Numbered from the stretch's first letter, positions 1 to 14,597 are shown. The stretch is 64,000 nt of DNA from Eledone cirrhosa (GCA_964016885.1 OZ024745.1:88660001-88724000); one strand, 5' to 3'. Notes: generated by a model not told the origin, from the sequence alone. Numbers and translations: made by a program.

Positions 1-2346
1 CTGAGCGCTGCGAAAGACCGATAACTTCAGCCGAAATTCAGGACGCCCTTGTCGGCTGCATGAGGCGCAAGTCACTCGGTTTGGATGGCCTGACCTACGA
101 GCTTTACGTAAATATGCCAGACTTGTTTTCCGATCTCCTCGAAGCACTCTACTACAACTGGCAGCAGAATGGGAGTATTGCCAGTTCTGTAAGCGGGAGA
201 GTGGTGACGCTGATAAAGAAAGACGAGAACAAGAGGGATACATTAGACAACTTCAGACCCATAACTCTGCACAACACAGAGTTTAAGATTTTGGCCAAGG
301 TGTTAGCAAAGAGATTGGCGCTTGTCATCGATGATTTGGTTGGGGGGCGCAAACCTGTGCATTCCCAGCCAGGTCCATAAACGACAATCTCCATCATAGA
401 GAGGGTAAGGGTGTAAAACTGGCTTCGGTGGGGGCACTGATCAATTTAGATCATTCGAAAGCATTCGATAGGATCGACGATCGGTATCTGGAGTTTGTCC
501 TCAAAGCAGCTAGCTTCGGCCCTGTCTTCAGAAGGTGGATCGCTGCAATGCACAGCGGCACATGCTAGGTGGTCAAGGTTAATGGCCACCTCTCGGAACT
601 ATTTCGGCTCTCCCTTCTGTACATATTGACTCTCAAGCCTGTACTGCGGAAGCAGGAACTGTTGCAGGGCATCCCGCTCGACCCGGGACGTGGAAAGGCT
701 GTGTCGGCTTATGCGGACGACATCACCGTGATAGTGTGAAATCGAGGTGGTCGGCACCTTATTGAAGGAATATGAAAGGTTGACAGGAGCAAAACTTAAC
801 CCGGAAAAGTCGGTGTGCTTGCAGCTCGATACCTGGAGAAGCAACCCCATGCCGTCCAACAGCGTCATGGGGGGGGGGGCGACGGACGGACCAGTAAAAT
901 TGCCTGGGGTTTGGTTCCGACCAGACCTCCAGGTGGAAAAGAATTGGGACGAGGTAACGAGCAAGGTAGCCAGTCTCACCAAAAAATGGGCTGCGAGGAA
1001 GCTATCAATGAAATGTCGGGCAGAGGTGGTGAATGTGTACATCGCGTCCGTCATCTACTATCGCCTGACCGTCGTGCCTTGCACCCGTCCGCGCCTCGTC
1101 AAGTTGGAACGGCTCCTACAAATTTTTGTGGAGAGGACAAGTTATGTTGGTGAGGCGGTCCATCTGCTGCCAGCACCCTCTACACGGAAGACCGGACATG
1201 CCGTGGCTAATGATGCAGAGGCATGCGCTGAGGCCGCGACATCTCCAGATATTTTGTCTAAACCGAGAACAGGTCTGATTGCCGTTTATCAGACAGGTCT
1301 TTCCGCAGCTCGTTTCTTTGACTGAGCTGCAGTCCTTGGTCAAGAAGAGACCGAGACTGGGTGACTGGCACCTGGAATGTTGCCAGCCACTCACTGCCCT
1401 CTACCAAGCGGACAATGAGTTCAGTGGAACTTCCACTCTCGAGTTCTATAGATGATTAATGGTGGGCCAGTGCGATGACGCACTGGGAGAAGCTTTGGGC
1501 CTCGTAAAATGGAATTGACCAGTCTGTTCCGGAGGACTTTCGAGTCGGGGACGATGGACAATTTCCAGAAATCCCTCGCTTGGCAGTGGTTGCGGAGGGC
1601 ACTTCCGGTTCGGGATAAACTCTACAGGCACGGAGGTGCTGTCTGACGGACCTGCGCAAGATGCGCACAGAGCGACGAAACCGTTCTGCACGCGCTTGTC
1701 CAATGTCCGTGCATTACTGACTTGTGGAGTTATGTCGAACAGCTACTGTCGCGTGTAGACGGATCCGGCTTTCGGCCGAGTCCATAGTGAAGATCGACCC
1801 GCCGCCTTCCTTTGGTAAGGAGGACCAGGCAATTTTCCTCTGCCTGGTGGCCGTTGCGAAAGAGGTTATATCGTGGACCAGATTAAAAGGACTGAAGACA
1901 GACACTTTTCTCTTCGGCCAATCCCTCATCAACTTCTTCAAGTTTCACCTGGAAAGGAAGGTGAGGGTGGAGAGAGAAGTGCTTTCCCCCAGTATATTTG
2001 CTAAAAGGTGGATGAATGTGGCGAGAATGGCCCGTGTGAATGGGCATACTCTGACCATGCGCCTATAGGCTAGCTAATTTGAAGAGAGGGGTGCCCTCCC
2101 TGGGTGCCCTAGAAGCGCAGGGTGGTTCAGGATTGGTGGTGTGCCTGAGTCTCCCCTGGGTCGTCCACCTCTTATAGGGGAATTGATTTCGTTATATTTA
2201 TGCATAGTTTATTTAAATTTTTTATATCTTCATTGTTAAATTAGTTTTGCCATTGTGCACTTTTACTCGACCTTATTGTAAACCCCCACTGTCCCTGTCT
2301 TTGTATTGTCTCCTACATGTCGGCCCTTGTGGCTAATAAATGAAAT
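1..2346 (+). mobile_element. Decayed L1/Tx1-clade LINE, ORF2 (RT plus C-terminal Cys domain) and 3' UTR; 5' part lies outside the window
   Basis: Frame-shifted RT motifs GLDGLTYELY, NFRPITLHNTEFKILAKVLAKRL, LDHSKAFDRID, AYADDIT and GAKLNPEKS. C-terminal C-x2-C...ETVLHALVQCP. Ends AATAAATGAAAT next to a (TTG)n tract. Confidence 0.88.
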
Positions 2347-2915
2347 CGTTATTATTGTGGTTGATATTACTTTTGTTGTTGTTAATGTTATTTACTTGTT
2401 TTTGTTGTTGTTATTGTTATTTTCTTGTTTTTTTTGGTTATTGTTGTTGTTGTTAACCTTGTTATTGTTGTTGTTGTTAATGTTGTTATTATTGTTGCCG
2501 TTGTTAATGTTGTTATTTCTCTTGTTGTTGTTAGTATTGTTATTGTTGTTGTTATTGTTGTTTTTGTTAATGTTGTTATTACTGTTGTCATTGTTAATAT
2601 TGCTGTTGTTGTTATTAATGTTATTGTTGTTAAAGTTGTTGTTGTTGTCAATTTTATTAGTACTGTTGCTGTTCTTATTGTTGTTAATGTTGTTGTTGTT
2701 ATTATTATTGTTGTTGTTGTTCTTGTTACTGTCATTTCTTTGCTTTTTTGTTATAATTGTTGTTATTGTTTATGTTATTTTTATTGTTGTTGTAGTAAAT
2801 GTTGTCGGTATTGTTGTCGTTGTTACAGTTCTGATTAATGCAGTGATGATGATTATGATGTTGATGGTGATGATGATGACGATGATGATGATGATGATGA
2901 TGATGGTGGTGATGG
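2347..2915. repeat. Degenerate (TTG/ATT)n then (GAT)n trinucleotide microsatellite
   Basis: Directly visible; gives rise to the poly-L/V/T/H pseudo-ORFs. Confidence 0.95.
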
Positions 2916-2987
2916 AGGTTTTCAACAGAAGTCAGGATTTCTGTCTTTGTGATTAGAGATTTCCTTATCTCAGAGTTTCGCCGCAAA

Positions 2988-4155
2988 TATGTGTGTGTCA
3001 GTGTGTGTGTGAGTGAGTTAGCGTGCGTGTGTGTATGTGTCAGTATGTGTGTCAGTGTTTGTCAGCGCGTGTGTGTGTGTGTGTGTGTGTGTGTATCAGT
3101 ATGTGTGTGTATATCAGTGTGTGTGTTAGTGTGTGTGTCTGTGTGTGTCAGCGTGTGTGTGTCTCAGTGTGTGTGTCAGTAAGTGTGTGTATATCAGTGT
3201 GTGTGTTAGTGTGTGTGTCAGTGTGTGTGTGTCAGTGTGTGTGTGTCAGTGTGTGTGTGTCAGTGTGTGCGTGCCAGTCTGTGTGTGTGCGGATTTGTGG
3301 GTATACGTGTGTGTGTGTCAGTGTATGAGTGTGTGTTTATGTGTCTGCGTGCATGTTTGTGTGTGTATACGTGTGTGTGTGTGAGTGAGTCAGTGCGCGT
3401 ATGTGTGTATTTATGTGTCTGTGTGTGGTTTGTGATTGTGTATACGTATGTGTATGTCTGTGTATGGGCATGTGTGTGTGTGCTTATGAGTCTGTGTGCA
3501 TCTTTGTGTGTGTATACGTGTATATATGTTTGTGAGCTGCTTTTGAGTGTGTATACGTGTGTGTGTGTGTGAGTTTGCTTATGTGTCTGTGTGCGGTTTG
3601 GTGGGTATTCATGTGTGAGTGTGTGTGCGTGTGCTTATGTGTCTGTGTGCATTTTTGTGTGTGTAAACGTGTGTATGTTTCAGTGTGTGTGTGTGCTTAT
3701 GTGTATGTGTGTGGTTTTGTGGGTATACGTGTGTGTATGTTGTGTGCGTTTATGTCTCTGTGTGAATTGTTTTGTGTGTATACGTGTGTATATGTTTGTG
3801 TGCATTTTTTGAGTGTGTGTGTGTGTCAGTGTGTGTGTGTGTGTATTTGTTTGTGCATCTGTTTCAGTGTGTGTGTGTGTGCATCTGTATGTGTGTGTGT
3901 GTGCCTATGTGTATGTGTGCGGTTTTGTGGGTATACGTGAGTGTGTGTGTGTGAGCTTTTGTGGGTATACGATGTATGCACGTGTAGTTATGTGTCTCTG
4001 TGCGTTTTTGTGTATGTATACGTGTGTGTTTGTGTGAGAGAATCTGTGTGTATGTGTGTTTATGTATGTGTGGTTATGTATGCCTCTACTTTTGTGTATG
4101 TATACGCATGTGTGTGACCTTATGTGTCTATGGGCGGTTATGGGAGTTTGCGACT

Positions 4156-4198
<43 letters not shown>

Positions 4199-4625
4199 GT
4201 GTTGTGGTATATTATGTATATCGTGTAGTTTTCAGAGAATGTGAGGTTGCGTGTATGTATATGACAGTGTATATGTGTTTATGCGTTTTGTTTTGTGGTT
4301 TGCTTTTGTGGTCGGCTTGTGTATGGTATATACATTTACGTTTGACTGTGTATGTGTGTAGAATAATTGTTTGGAGTGAGTTTGAGATGAAGAAGAAGAA
4401 GAAGAAGAAGAAGAAGATAAGGAGGAGGAAGAGAAAAAGACAAAAGAGAGAGAAGAAATATATTTTATATCCATTTGTGTGTGTTTATACACGTGTATTT
4501 GTATTGTATCTATGTATACACGAATGTATATATCTCTGTATGTATGTTTATGTATGTATGTTTATGTATGTATGTTTGTATGTGTATGAATGTATGTATG
4601 TATGTGTCTATGTATGTATGTATGT
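2988..4625. repeat. Long degenerate (TG)n tract with (GAA)n and (TATG)n segments
   Basis: Directly visible. Confidence 0.95.
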
Positions 4626-7424
4626 TATTCTGGTTTTATAATTTCACAATTTTTTTCCCAACAGAGAGAGAGTCGGTTTCTAACATAGACACAAGACACA
4701 TTGGAATTTACACATCAACTAGGTAGATATATATGCATGTCTGCATGAGTAGATATGGATGTTATTGTATGTGTGGATGTGTATGTTTTGAGTTGTATCT
4801 GTACATGTGTACATGCAGTTATTAGATGCAAAACCTTTGGAATGTCTTACATATTTTTACTGTTCCATTAATGGATTGTACTTGTAATTTCCTAACTAGT
4901 TGTGTTCTTTCTGTTCCTGTGAAGCCTAGCTTCTCAAGATTTGTATTGAGGCAGTTACTAACATATCCCAGTGCCCCAATAATCACAGGCATAAATCTGA
5001 AGGTGTAATCAGGGTGGAGTATCTGCAGATTTCTCATCAGTTCTGCATAAATGTTCTTTTCACTAATCTTTGATATTATATTGGCATCTGCTGGGCAGCT
5101 AATTTCCACTACTGTGCATGCTTTCTTTTCCCTGTCCCATATCATAATATCTGGTCTGTTGTGCCTGCATTTTATTGGGGTTTTTACTGGAACATTCCAC
5201 CAGTATTCTTTCATATTTCATATTATGTATATGGAGTCTGCACTTGTTATCACATCTAGGTGTTTTGCCTGCATCCCTATCACTTTTGTGAATCAGGTAT
5301 TTCGTGTTAATTGCCTGTTCTTGGATTGCAAAAGCGTATCCTCAAAGTGGGAGCCAATATACCAATATAGCGATTGTTGGTCCAAGATAGACTACCTTCC
5401 TTATCTATATTACTCTCACTCTGGAGCTTCCATGCATTATTTTTTGCTGATAGGCATGCAGTTTTTCATCCATGGACTCACTGCGAAACTGCTGAGCGAT
5501 TTCGCTGGGTGTGAGTTTTTGATTATCACACAGGGAATATCTCTCGAGGAGTTCCTTCCCAACTCTCATGATCTTATCTGTTTCATGCAGATAAACTTGT
5601 TCGAGAGACGGGCTCCTACGCTTCGAGGTTCGTAGATGTTGTCGGAGGGATATGATGCGATATTCAAATGCTGCCTGAACTGATGTTAGGCCTCAGCCTC
5701 CCTGCTTACGTTTCAAGTAAAGGCGGTTTATATCACTGTTGATATGGAAGTTTCCGGTGTTGTTTAGTACTTTTTGAGTTCCAACATCAACTACTCGGAT
5801 TTCGTCTATCGTCCAAAATGAGTATTGCAGACGTTGGTGTTAGGACAGGCACAGCAAACACATTGTGAGCCACTGTTTTGTTTTTCGCAGAGAGTTCCGA
5901 TGACCAAATCTTTCTTAATCGGGTGTAGTATTCCCTGGTTACGCGTTCTTTATTACAGATGTCATTGATGACAATGTTGCTAGATTGGGTTGTTGTTTTT
6001 CCCCGCTTTACAGTCATGTATGAGCATTTATCTTGGCCAAACTCCATTCCTATATCCTTTGAGAACATTGTAACCAGGTCAAGATTTTTCTTCATCCCAT
6101 CCATGTTCTTGGCATAGAGTTTCAGATCATCCACAAAGAAATTATGGGTTAGGTTCGTATTTCTGTCCTCCTGTGAGCTAATGATGTATCCTTAACATTT
6201 CTTGAGCAGAAAGGACAAGGGGTTTAATGACAGGATGAATAATATCGCAGAGAGACTGTCTCCCTGAAATATACCCCTGCGATATTTTATTTAATCAGTG
6301 AAAATAGAGTCCTCCTTCTCTGTCTTTAACCTTAGGATAGTAACTCAAGAAGAAGACAGCTTCTCTATGGCTCTGACAATAATGTCTGGGACTTTAGCAA
6401 GTTGGAGAGCCTCTATCATCCAAGAGTGGGGAACAGAATTGAAAGCTTTCCTGTAGTCCAGCCGGACTGTAGCCATGTTCCTCCTCAGTTATCGCACCTC
6501 CGACATCGCAGTTTTGTTGATTAGGAGTTGTTCAGAACATGCCCAAACTCCTTTCTTTCCAGCTGCTTGTTGATCTGTGATGATTTTATTATTTTCCCAG
6601 TGATCTTGGAGAAATAGGTTCAGGTAGGTTGTATACATCTTATACATCATGTACTGGCATGCAATGGGTCGGTAGTTTTTTGCCAAGTTGGTGTCTTTGT
6701 TCTTGGGGACCAATAATGTTTGTGCTAATGTCAACCATTCTGGTATAAGTGTATCTCCCTTAACAACTTGATGGTAGAGGTCAGTAAGATACCTCCGATT
6801 GAATATCAGTTTTTTTGTGCTAGTAGCCGACATTCATGTCTCTTCCTGGTGTTTTCCTATCACAGTCTCAATGGTACACTCCCTTATTTCTTATGTTTTT
6901 GTTGAAGTGTAGGAGCAATAGTTCTTTTGGATTTCTTTTAGCCACACTGCATCTTGGTTTCATCCGAAAGCACTTTTCTTTCATCTACCTTCTTCAGGTT
7001 TCGACATTTTTCGCTAACAGCTCTCAATTCTTCTTTGAGGGTGATCAGCTTATATTGAAGAGTTCTGGTTCTACTGTTACCAAACATCGGCTCTATTTTA
7101 TTTTTCACTCTTTGTTGGTTGAGGACTGAGGTTTTTTTGCGTTTGTGTGCATGTAGGAAGCATTGTCACATATCCTATGGTTTTTTGTAGTTCAGCAATC
7201 TTGTTTTCTATTTTCGTTATATATGATTGTATTTTTCGTGGTGTTTTGTTCTTGTTAATATCTCTGCTATCACCAAGATAATGCTTCACTATCGTTGCTA
7301 AGGCATATAAACAGGCGTTGATTTGCCAAAATGTTGGTGTTTTTATCCGTCGTAAATATTCATCCCCTATTTCGTCAATAACACGTAATATTTCATTATT
7401 TGTTGTTGTTTTTTTTATTAAATA

Positions 7425-9893
7425 CTAGCAGTAAAGCCCGGCGTTGCTCGGGTCGCTCAGTAGCTGTGTTAAAGTTACAATGTTAAGTTTCTTTTTTGGC
7501 TTAAAAACTGTAGTGTCTACTGTGCAGACTTGCATGTGATGTTTTTGATTAATATTCCCTCAACCAACAATATGCCTTATGAAGTTAAGAAAACATAACG
7601 ATAACCCGAATGTTATAACAAAAGAGGATGCTGGGAATAAAAACTGCACTGGTTATTTATTAACAAAGATCGAAAATGTAAACACTGCAACGCAGAGAAA
7701 AACATTAGCGTAACCAAATTATCAGTTATGTCTGTCTGCACGCCTATATCACCTCTCTGCACGACTGTCTGTCTGCACGCCTATATCACCTCTCTGTACG
7801 ACTGTCTGTCTGCACGCCTATATCACCTCTCTGCACGACTGTCTGTCTGCACGCCTAACGAAATTTACAGATACATATATTTTAAATAAACTTATATAAT
7901 TTTTGCTTTTTTTTACGAAATATTTGCTTGTTTTACGTAGTCTTTAAATAGACTTGTTTTCAAGTAAAAATATTTTTGTAAAGCCCGGCGTTGCTCGGGG
8001 TCGCTCAGTAGCTGTGTTAAAGTTACAATGTTAAGTTTCTTTCTTGGCTTAAAAACTGTAGTGTCTACTGTGCAGACTTGCATGTGGTGTTTTTGATTAA
8101 TATTCCCTCAACCAACAATATGCCTTATGAAGTTAAGAAAACATAACGATAACCCGAATGTTATAACAAAAGAGGATGCTGGGGATAGAAACTGCACTGG
8201 TTATTTATTAACAAAGATCGAAAATGTAAACACTGCAACGCAGAGAAAAACATTAGCGTAACCAAATTATCAGTTATGTCTGTCTGCACGCCTATATCAC
8301 CTCTCTGCACGACTGTCTGTCTGCACGCCTATATCACCTCTCTGCACGACTGTCTATCTGCACGCCTATATCACCTCTCTGCACGACTGTCTGTCTGCAC
8401 GCCTATATCACCTCTCTGCACGACTGTCTGTCTGCACGCGTATATCACCTCTCTGCACGACTGTCTGTCTGCACGCGTATATCACCTCCCTGCACGACTG
8501 TCTGTCTGCACGACTGTCTGTCTGCACGCCTAACGACGAAATATTTGCTTGTTTTACGTAGTCTTTAAATAGACTTGTTTTCAAGTAAAAATATTGTTTT
8601 AAAATGCTTTTAAATGGAAATGAAGCAAAACGGAAGCTTAGTGTTCGAACTGATGAATTTTGCAGGTCAATATTTTGCTGGCTCGACAACTGTTCGTGTC
8701 AGCGTAATTTTTTACGTAAGACGCTCAATGTAAACAGAACAAAGGGAAATAACTGATAACTTACGCTCAAAAATCGATACATTATATTCGATTTCGTCAC
8801 ACAGGGTAGGTCAATTTGAATTTTTTTTTTCCGATGTCTTCGCTAGGGCTCAATGTACAAGTATAGCAATTTCGGTGCAATTCCATGAGAGATTCTAAGA
8901 GGAGATGTGTGCCAAAAATCGATAGACAGACAGACAACCACAGTTTTATATATATAGACTAGCAGTAAAGCCCGGCGTTGCTCGGGGTCGCTCAGTAGCT
9001 GTGTTAAAGTTACAATGTTAAGTTTCTTTCTTTGCTTAAAAACTGTAGTGTCTACTGTTCAGACTTGCATGTGGTGTTTTTGATTAATATTCCCTCAACC
9101 AACAATATGCCTTATGAAGTTAAGAAAACATAACGATAACCCAAATGTTATAACAAAAGAGGATGCTGGGGATAGAAACTGCACTGGTTATTTATTAACT
9201 AAGATCGAAAATGTAAACACTGCAACGCAGAGAAAAACATTAGCGTAACCAAATTATCAGTTATGTCTGTCTGCACGCATATATCACCTCTCTGCACGAC
9301 TGTCTGTCTGCACGCCTATATCACCTCTCTGCACGACTGTCTGTCTGCACGCCTATATCACCTCTCTGCACGACTGTCTGTCTGCACGCCTATATCACCT
9401 CTCTGCACGACTGTCTGTCTGCACGCGTATATCACCTCTCTGCACGACTGTCTGTCTGCACGCCTAACGACGAAATATTTGCTTGTTTTACGTAGTCTTT
9501 AAATAGACTTGTTTTCAAGTAAAAATATTGTTTTAAAATGCTTTTAAATGGAAATGAAGCAAAACGGAAGCTTAGTGTTCGAACTGATGAATTTTGCAGG
9601 TCAATATTTTGCTGGCTCGACACCTGTTAAAGCCAGCGTAATTTTTTACTTAAGACGCTCAATGTAAACAGAACAAAGGGAAATAACTGATAACTTACGC
9701 TCAAAAATCGATACATTATATTCGATTTCGTCACATAGGGTGTGTCAATTTGAAATTTTTTTTTTCCGATGTCTTCGCTAGGGCTCAATGTACAAGTATA
9801 GCAATTTCGGTGCAATTCCGTGAGAGATTCTAAGAGGAGATGTGTGCCAAAAATCAATAGACAGACAGACAACCACAGTTTTATATATATAGA
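7425..9893 (-). mobile_element. Tandem array of three non-autonomous Helitron copies (7425-7977 partial, 7978-8958, 8959-9893)
   Basis: Minus strand starts 5'-TCTATATATATAAAA and ends with hairpin CCCGAGCAACGCCGGG then CTAG-3', between host A and T. Exact CTAG|TC junction at 8958/8959. Confidence 0.9.
8276..8532. repeat. 37-bp minisatellite inside the Helitron (also at 7727-7856 and 9263-9466)
   Basis: Unit CTGTCTGTCTGCACGCCTATATCACCTCTCTGCACGA; copy number differs among the three Helitron units. Confidence 0.92.
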
Positions 9894-10889
9894 TTGTCGT
9901 TTTTTATTAAATATTGTCGTTCAGCAAGAGAGATATTTATACATGAATTATTTTCAGTCTGGAAGATTTCGTTGAGGGAAAATTTCAATTGTTTATACTT
10001 TTGACTAATATCATTATCGATAGAATTTTCCACAATCGTCGAGTTATACTCGGATGGTATACGTGGTGTTAAATTTCTTCGATTATTATTATTATTTCCT
10101 CGATTATTATTATTATTATCGATAGTGTTTTCCCCAGCATTCGCGGTAGACTTAGATGGTACACGTGGTGTCAAGTTTCTTACAGGCATAGTTGTTTCAA
10201 GGCGCTGTTCGACCTGGCTGCTTGGAAGTCTAATAGCATGGCGACCTATATCACGTGTTGTTGATCCCAAGTTTGTTGTGGGGGACTTACAATTAATAAT
10301 ATTTATCTTACTTTTACGTTCAAGAAACGTCGCTTGTTGGTGTAATTGTTTCGCTGTGAAATAATTTAGCTCTGGGTGCATTTCGTCCCAGTGTAACTTC
10401 ATTCTATTCATATAGTCAATGGAGAGATTGTTTTTGGCCATTTTATAACAATTAAATAAATCATCATTAAGTTCGCAACTCCAAGAGAAATGCGATTTAT
10501 AATTTCGGTTTCTTCTGTAGCTACATCTGAATAAATTTTGTTTACCATTCTCGTTGTTTATCTTCGATACTTCCTTAATGTTATTGTTGTTGATGTTGTG
10601 TTCAGCCATGCTGTTTGTAGCAAATCTTTGTAAAATGAATTATGTATTTAGTCGGATATCTCTACGAATTCGAATAAAAGGTGTCTTCAGTAGATATAGT
10701 TAGAAGAATAACCAGTTATTCAACATGACTGTAGTTGTGGCATTACTGTTGGAGATAGTATTCATCTTAAATTTAATAAATAGTCTCCCACGCCAAAATA
10801 TGCCACTGATCGCGTTGACTGTATGTATGTATCTGTGTATGTATATATATGTATGCACGAATATATGCATGTACATATGTTTGTATGTG

Positions 10890-13800
10890 TCAGGTTGCTC
10901 TCGAGTGCTACTGGTAACATATAACCCAGTACTACCTGTCTCATGGCCGGGTCGTCGGCGACAAAACCGGCAACCACACCAAGCTTGCTTGGTGAGGAGG
11001 GTGATATTTGTACACCCTGCGGGATGAAATACAAGAGTCAACGGCCATCCAAATAGTACCTTTTTTTTACCTGGGAGCGAAGGGCCCACAGTTGTTGTCA
11101 CAACACCTTTCTAGGAGAGGGAAACTCTGAAAAAAAACCTGCGGCTTCGGAAGCATCCGTTGATGTTGACCAGTTCTCCTTTTCGGGTAGTGTTTTGGAT
11201 GCTTAGAAAGTGGGATTGGTCGCGTGCAAGGCCTTTCTCCACTTAAAAACCTGCAAAAAACTAGCCCTGAAAGAAGATCTGCTTTGGTGTCGAGGGAACT
11301 CGATCGCTATAGCATGGACATCGTTGCTCTTTCAGAAACAAGATTGGCAGGTGAGGGTCAATTCTCAGAACAGAAGGGAGGATATACCTTCTATTGGAGT
11401 GGTGAGCAGAGGGTTGTAGGAGAGAGGCAGGGGTCGCATTTGCTGTCAGGAATGGAATCGTCTCAAAGCTGGAAAATCTTCCCTGTGGATTCAATGATCG
11501 GATAATGTCCATGAGAGTCCCTCTGATTCAAATCCGCTTTTTGACTCTGGTCTGTGTGTACGATCCTTCTATGTGTGCCAGTGATGATGAAAAACTAAGT
11601 TTCTACATGTCTTTCAGAGAGGTCATCCTTATACAGACAAGATTGTCATCCTTGATGATTTTAATGCACGTGTTGGTAATGACTGGGAAGCTTGGAGTGT
11701 GATGGGCAAGCATGGAGTGGATAAGTGCAATAACAATGGCCTACTTCTGTTGCAGATGTGCACTGAGATGGATCTTGTTGTTGGAAACACGCTCTTTCAT
11801 CAGAAAGACAAATATAAGACAACTTGGATGCATCCAGGTTCCAAGAAGTGGCACCTTATTGACTTCGTTTTAATGAGAAAACGTGATATTAGGGATATCA
11901 CATTCGTTCATGTATTGCGAGTCGCGGAATGTTGGACTGATCATCGTCTGTTGCGCGCCAAATTTCAATTTGTTGTGAAGCCCAAAGTAAGGGGAAAGAA
12001 GGTTGCACTTCCAAAACAACTAAACGTGGCCTGCCTGAAAACAGAGAAAGTCAGAGCTGAGCTGTAGAGGTCTCTTGAGTCCATGTAATGTGAAAACACT
12101 TGGGAATCATTGAAGAAAACCGTCTATGATGTTAGTGCTGGAGTTTTGGGTAATACCAATAGAAAGCACAAAGACTGGTTCAATGAACATGATGCAGTGA
12201 TCCAGACTTTGCTTGAAGAGAGACAAAAAGTGCTGTCATCATTGTTGTGTCAGACCTCCAGGATGATCAAGGCACGTGTGCAACATCGATTGAGAGCCAT
12301 GCAGGTTACCTGGTGGAGCCAAAAGGCTGATGAAATCCAGAAGGTCTCAGATAGACATGACACAAAGCTCCTATACAGTCTGATCAGGGAGGGGTATGGT
12401 CCGACCGGTTAACAAATATCACCACATCGCCCCGGGGACGGCAAGGAATTGCTCAGAGACCGAAGGAAATTCTGATCAGGTGGCATGACCACTTTGATGA
12501 GCTTCTCAACAGACCACCAGAAATTGATGATGAGTTCATCCGGTCGATTCCATCCGGACCTACAAAGCTGGCTATGGCTGATCCTTATTTGATGAGGTGG
12601 CGAAGGCCATTGCCAAATTAAACAGCGGCACGTCACCTGGAATGGATGGACCGAGTGCTGAGATTTTCAAGTGTGCTGGTGATAACTTCTTAAACCGCCT
12701 CACTGATCTCTTTGTGAATGTTTGGATTGGAGATGTGCCACAGGATTGGAAAGATGCATTGATGGTGGTACTTTACAAAGGCAAGGCAGCCAAAGACGAC
12801 TGTGACAACTACAAAGGTATTTCACTGCTATCTGTGGTAGCGAAGATCTTGTGCAGGATATTGTTGGCCAGATTGATAGAGCACATTGCTGTTGAGGTAC
12901 TTCCTGAGTCCCAATGTGGCTTTAGGAATGGCAGAGGCACTGTTGACATTATCTTCTCGGTCAAACAACTTCAAGAGAAATGCATTGAGCAGCGCATGAA
13001 CTTATACCAAGTTTTTGTCGATCTGACCAAGGCATTTGACACCGTTAATCGGAAGGCTTTGTGGGTTATTTTGGAGAGATTGGGCTGTCCTGGAAAGTTT
13101 GTGAACATTCTGAGACTCTTCCACGATGACATGCAGGCATGGGTGAATGCTGGAGGTAAACTGTCTGAGCCAATCTCGGTTGAAAATGGTGTCAAGCAGG
13201 GTGATATACCTGCACCGACTTTGTTTGCCTTGTATTTGGCTATGGTGATATTCTTGGCCTTCAAGGATTGTCAACACGGTATCTGTCTCAGATATCATAC
13301 TCCCGGCAAGCCTTTTAACCTTAGGCGTCTCACTGCCAACACTAAATTACTAAGTACCTTGATCAGAGAATTTTTATATGCAGATGATTGTGATCTCTTT
13401 GCACACTCCCAGAGTGACATGCAACACCTTATGGATTCTTTTTCCAATGCATGCAGTGCTTTGGGCCTGACAATCAGTCTGAAGAAGACTGTCGTCATGT
13501 ACCAACCTGCTCCGGATAAAGTTATCAATGACCCCTCCATATACGTATACGGTCAAAAGCTGAAGGCTGCTGACACATTTGCGTATTTGGGGAGTACTCT
13601 GAGTGTGGCCTGCTCTCTGGATGCAGAAGTTGGTCTACGTGTTAGTAAGGTCATTTGGAAGTGAGTCATTTGGAAGGCTCAACGACCGTCTTTGGTGCAG
13701 GCGAGGAATCACGATGAGGACCAACGTGAGAGGGTATGTTTCATGTGTACTGTCAGCTTTGCTGTATGCATGTGAGACATGGCTTGCCTACAAACGGCAT

Positions 13801-14535
13801 ATCCACAGACTGGAACGGTTTCACTAGCAGTGTCTCAGAAAGATGCTCGGTATCAAGTGGCAGATGCATGTGAGTGATGTTGAGGTCCTTGAGAGAAGTG
13901 AGTGTCGGAGCATTGAGAGTATCATCCACCAACGGCGTTTGCGATGGAGCGGGCACCTCTGCAGAATGGAAGATGATCGAATCCCAAAACAACTCTTGCA
14001 TGGCGAGCTTTGTGAGGGTAAGAGACCACCTCACAAGCCGAGGCCCCGATTCAAGGATTGTTTAAAGGACTCATTGAAAAAACTTGGTTTGATTATGGCT
14101 GACTTGGAGATAGAAGCTCTTCAAATAGAAACTTGGCGTGGAATGGTGAATGATGGGTCCATAATTATGAGGATAGACGCATAGAGCACGAGCAGATCAA
14201 ACGGGATGTGCGTAAGAAATGCCCTGGTGTATCTCTCGAAACGATCGGTGTCTCCATTAAATTGAAGTGCCATGAAGGTCGAAAAAATTTGCTTCAGCAA
14301 GTCTGGTCTCAAGAGCCGCAGTCGCAGCCATGTTCAATGAGAACCAGTGAACTATGATCTCCATGGTGGTGTAAGGGTACATTCGTAACCTGATGCAGGA
14401 CCTCAAGCCAGGGAATAGTTGTCGTCAGTGTGTGAAGGAGTGTAAGTCTTTAGCAGGCTTGAAAAGCCATATCCGAGCGTCACACATCTGAATTTGACAA
14501 GCGATTGCAATACTCTTGGCAAATTTGCAGCCATC
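10890..14535 (+). mobile_element. Full-length decayed RTE (BovB-like) LINE: APE endonuclease, RT and C-terminal C2H2 finger
   Basis: PERRSALVSRELDRYSMDIVALSETRLAGEG, TTWMHPGSKKWHLIDF, CWTDHRL, PESQCGFR, FVDLTKAFDTV, GVKQGD, LYADD, LRWSGHLCRM, CRQCVKECKSLAGLKSH. Several stops and frameshifts. Confidence 0.92.
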
Positions 14536-14558
14536 ATGTACGTATGCACGAATGTATG

Positions 14559-14597
<39 letters not shown>

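Larger units (their letters stand above)
4626..10818 (-). mobile_element. Near full-length decayed R4/Dong-clade REL-endonuclease LINE, interrupted by a Helitron array at 7425-9893
   Basis: N-terminal ORF 9881-10609. RT motifs KNYRPIAC, GIFQGDSLS, FVDDLKLYA and DIGMEFGQDKC. REL motif HNRPDIMIWDREKKACTVVEISCPAD. 3' UTR shared with the copy at 23083. Confidence 0.88.

Noticed and set aside
2306-4726. Long ORFs rich in L/V/T/C/Y/I (also over TA, TG and GA tracts elsewhere)
   Set aside because: They are translations of microsatellites that lack stop codons, not genes.
7727-9466. 37-bp repeats as a possible CRISPR array
   Set aside because: The units are contiguous with no unique spacers, there are no cas genes, and they lie inside a eukaryotic Helitron.
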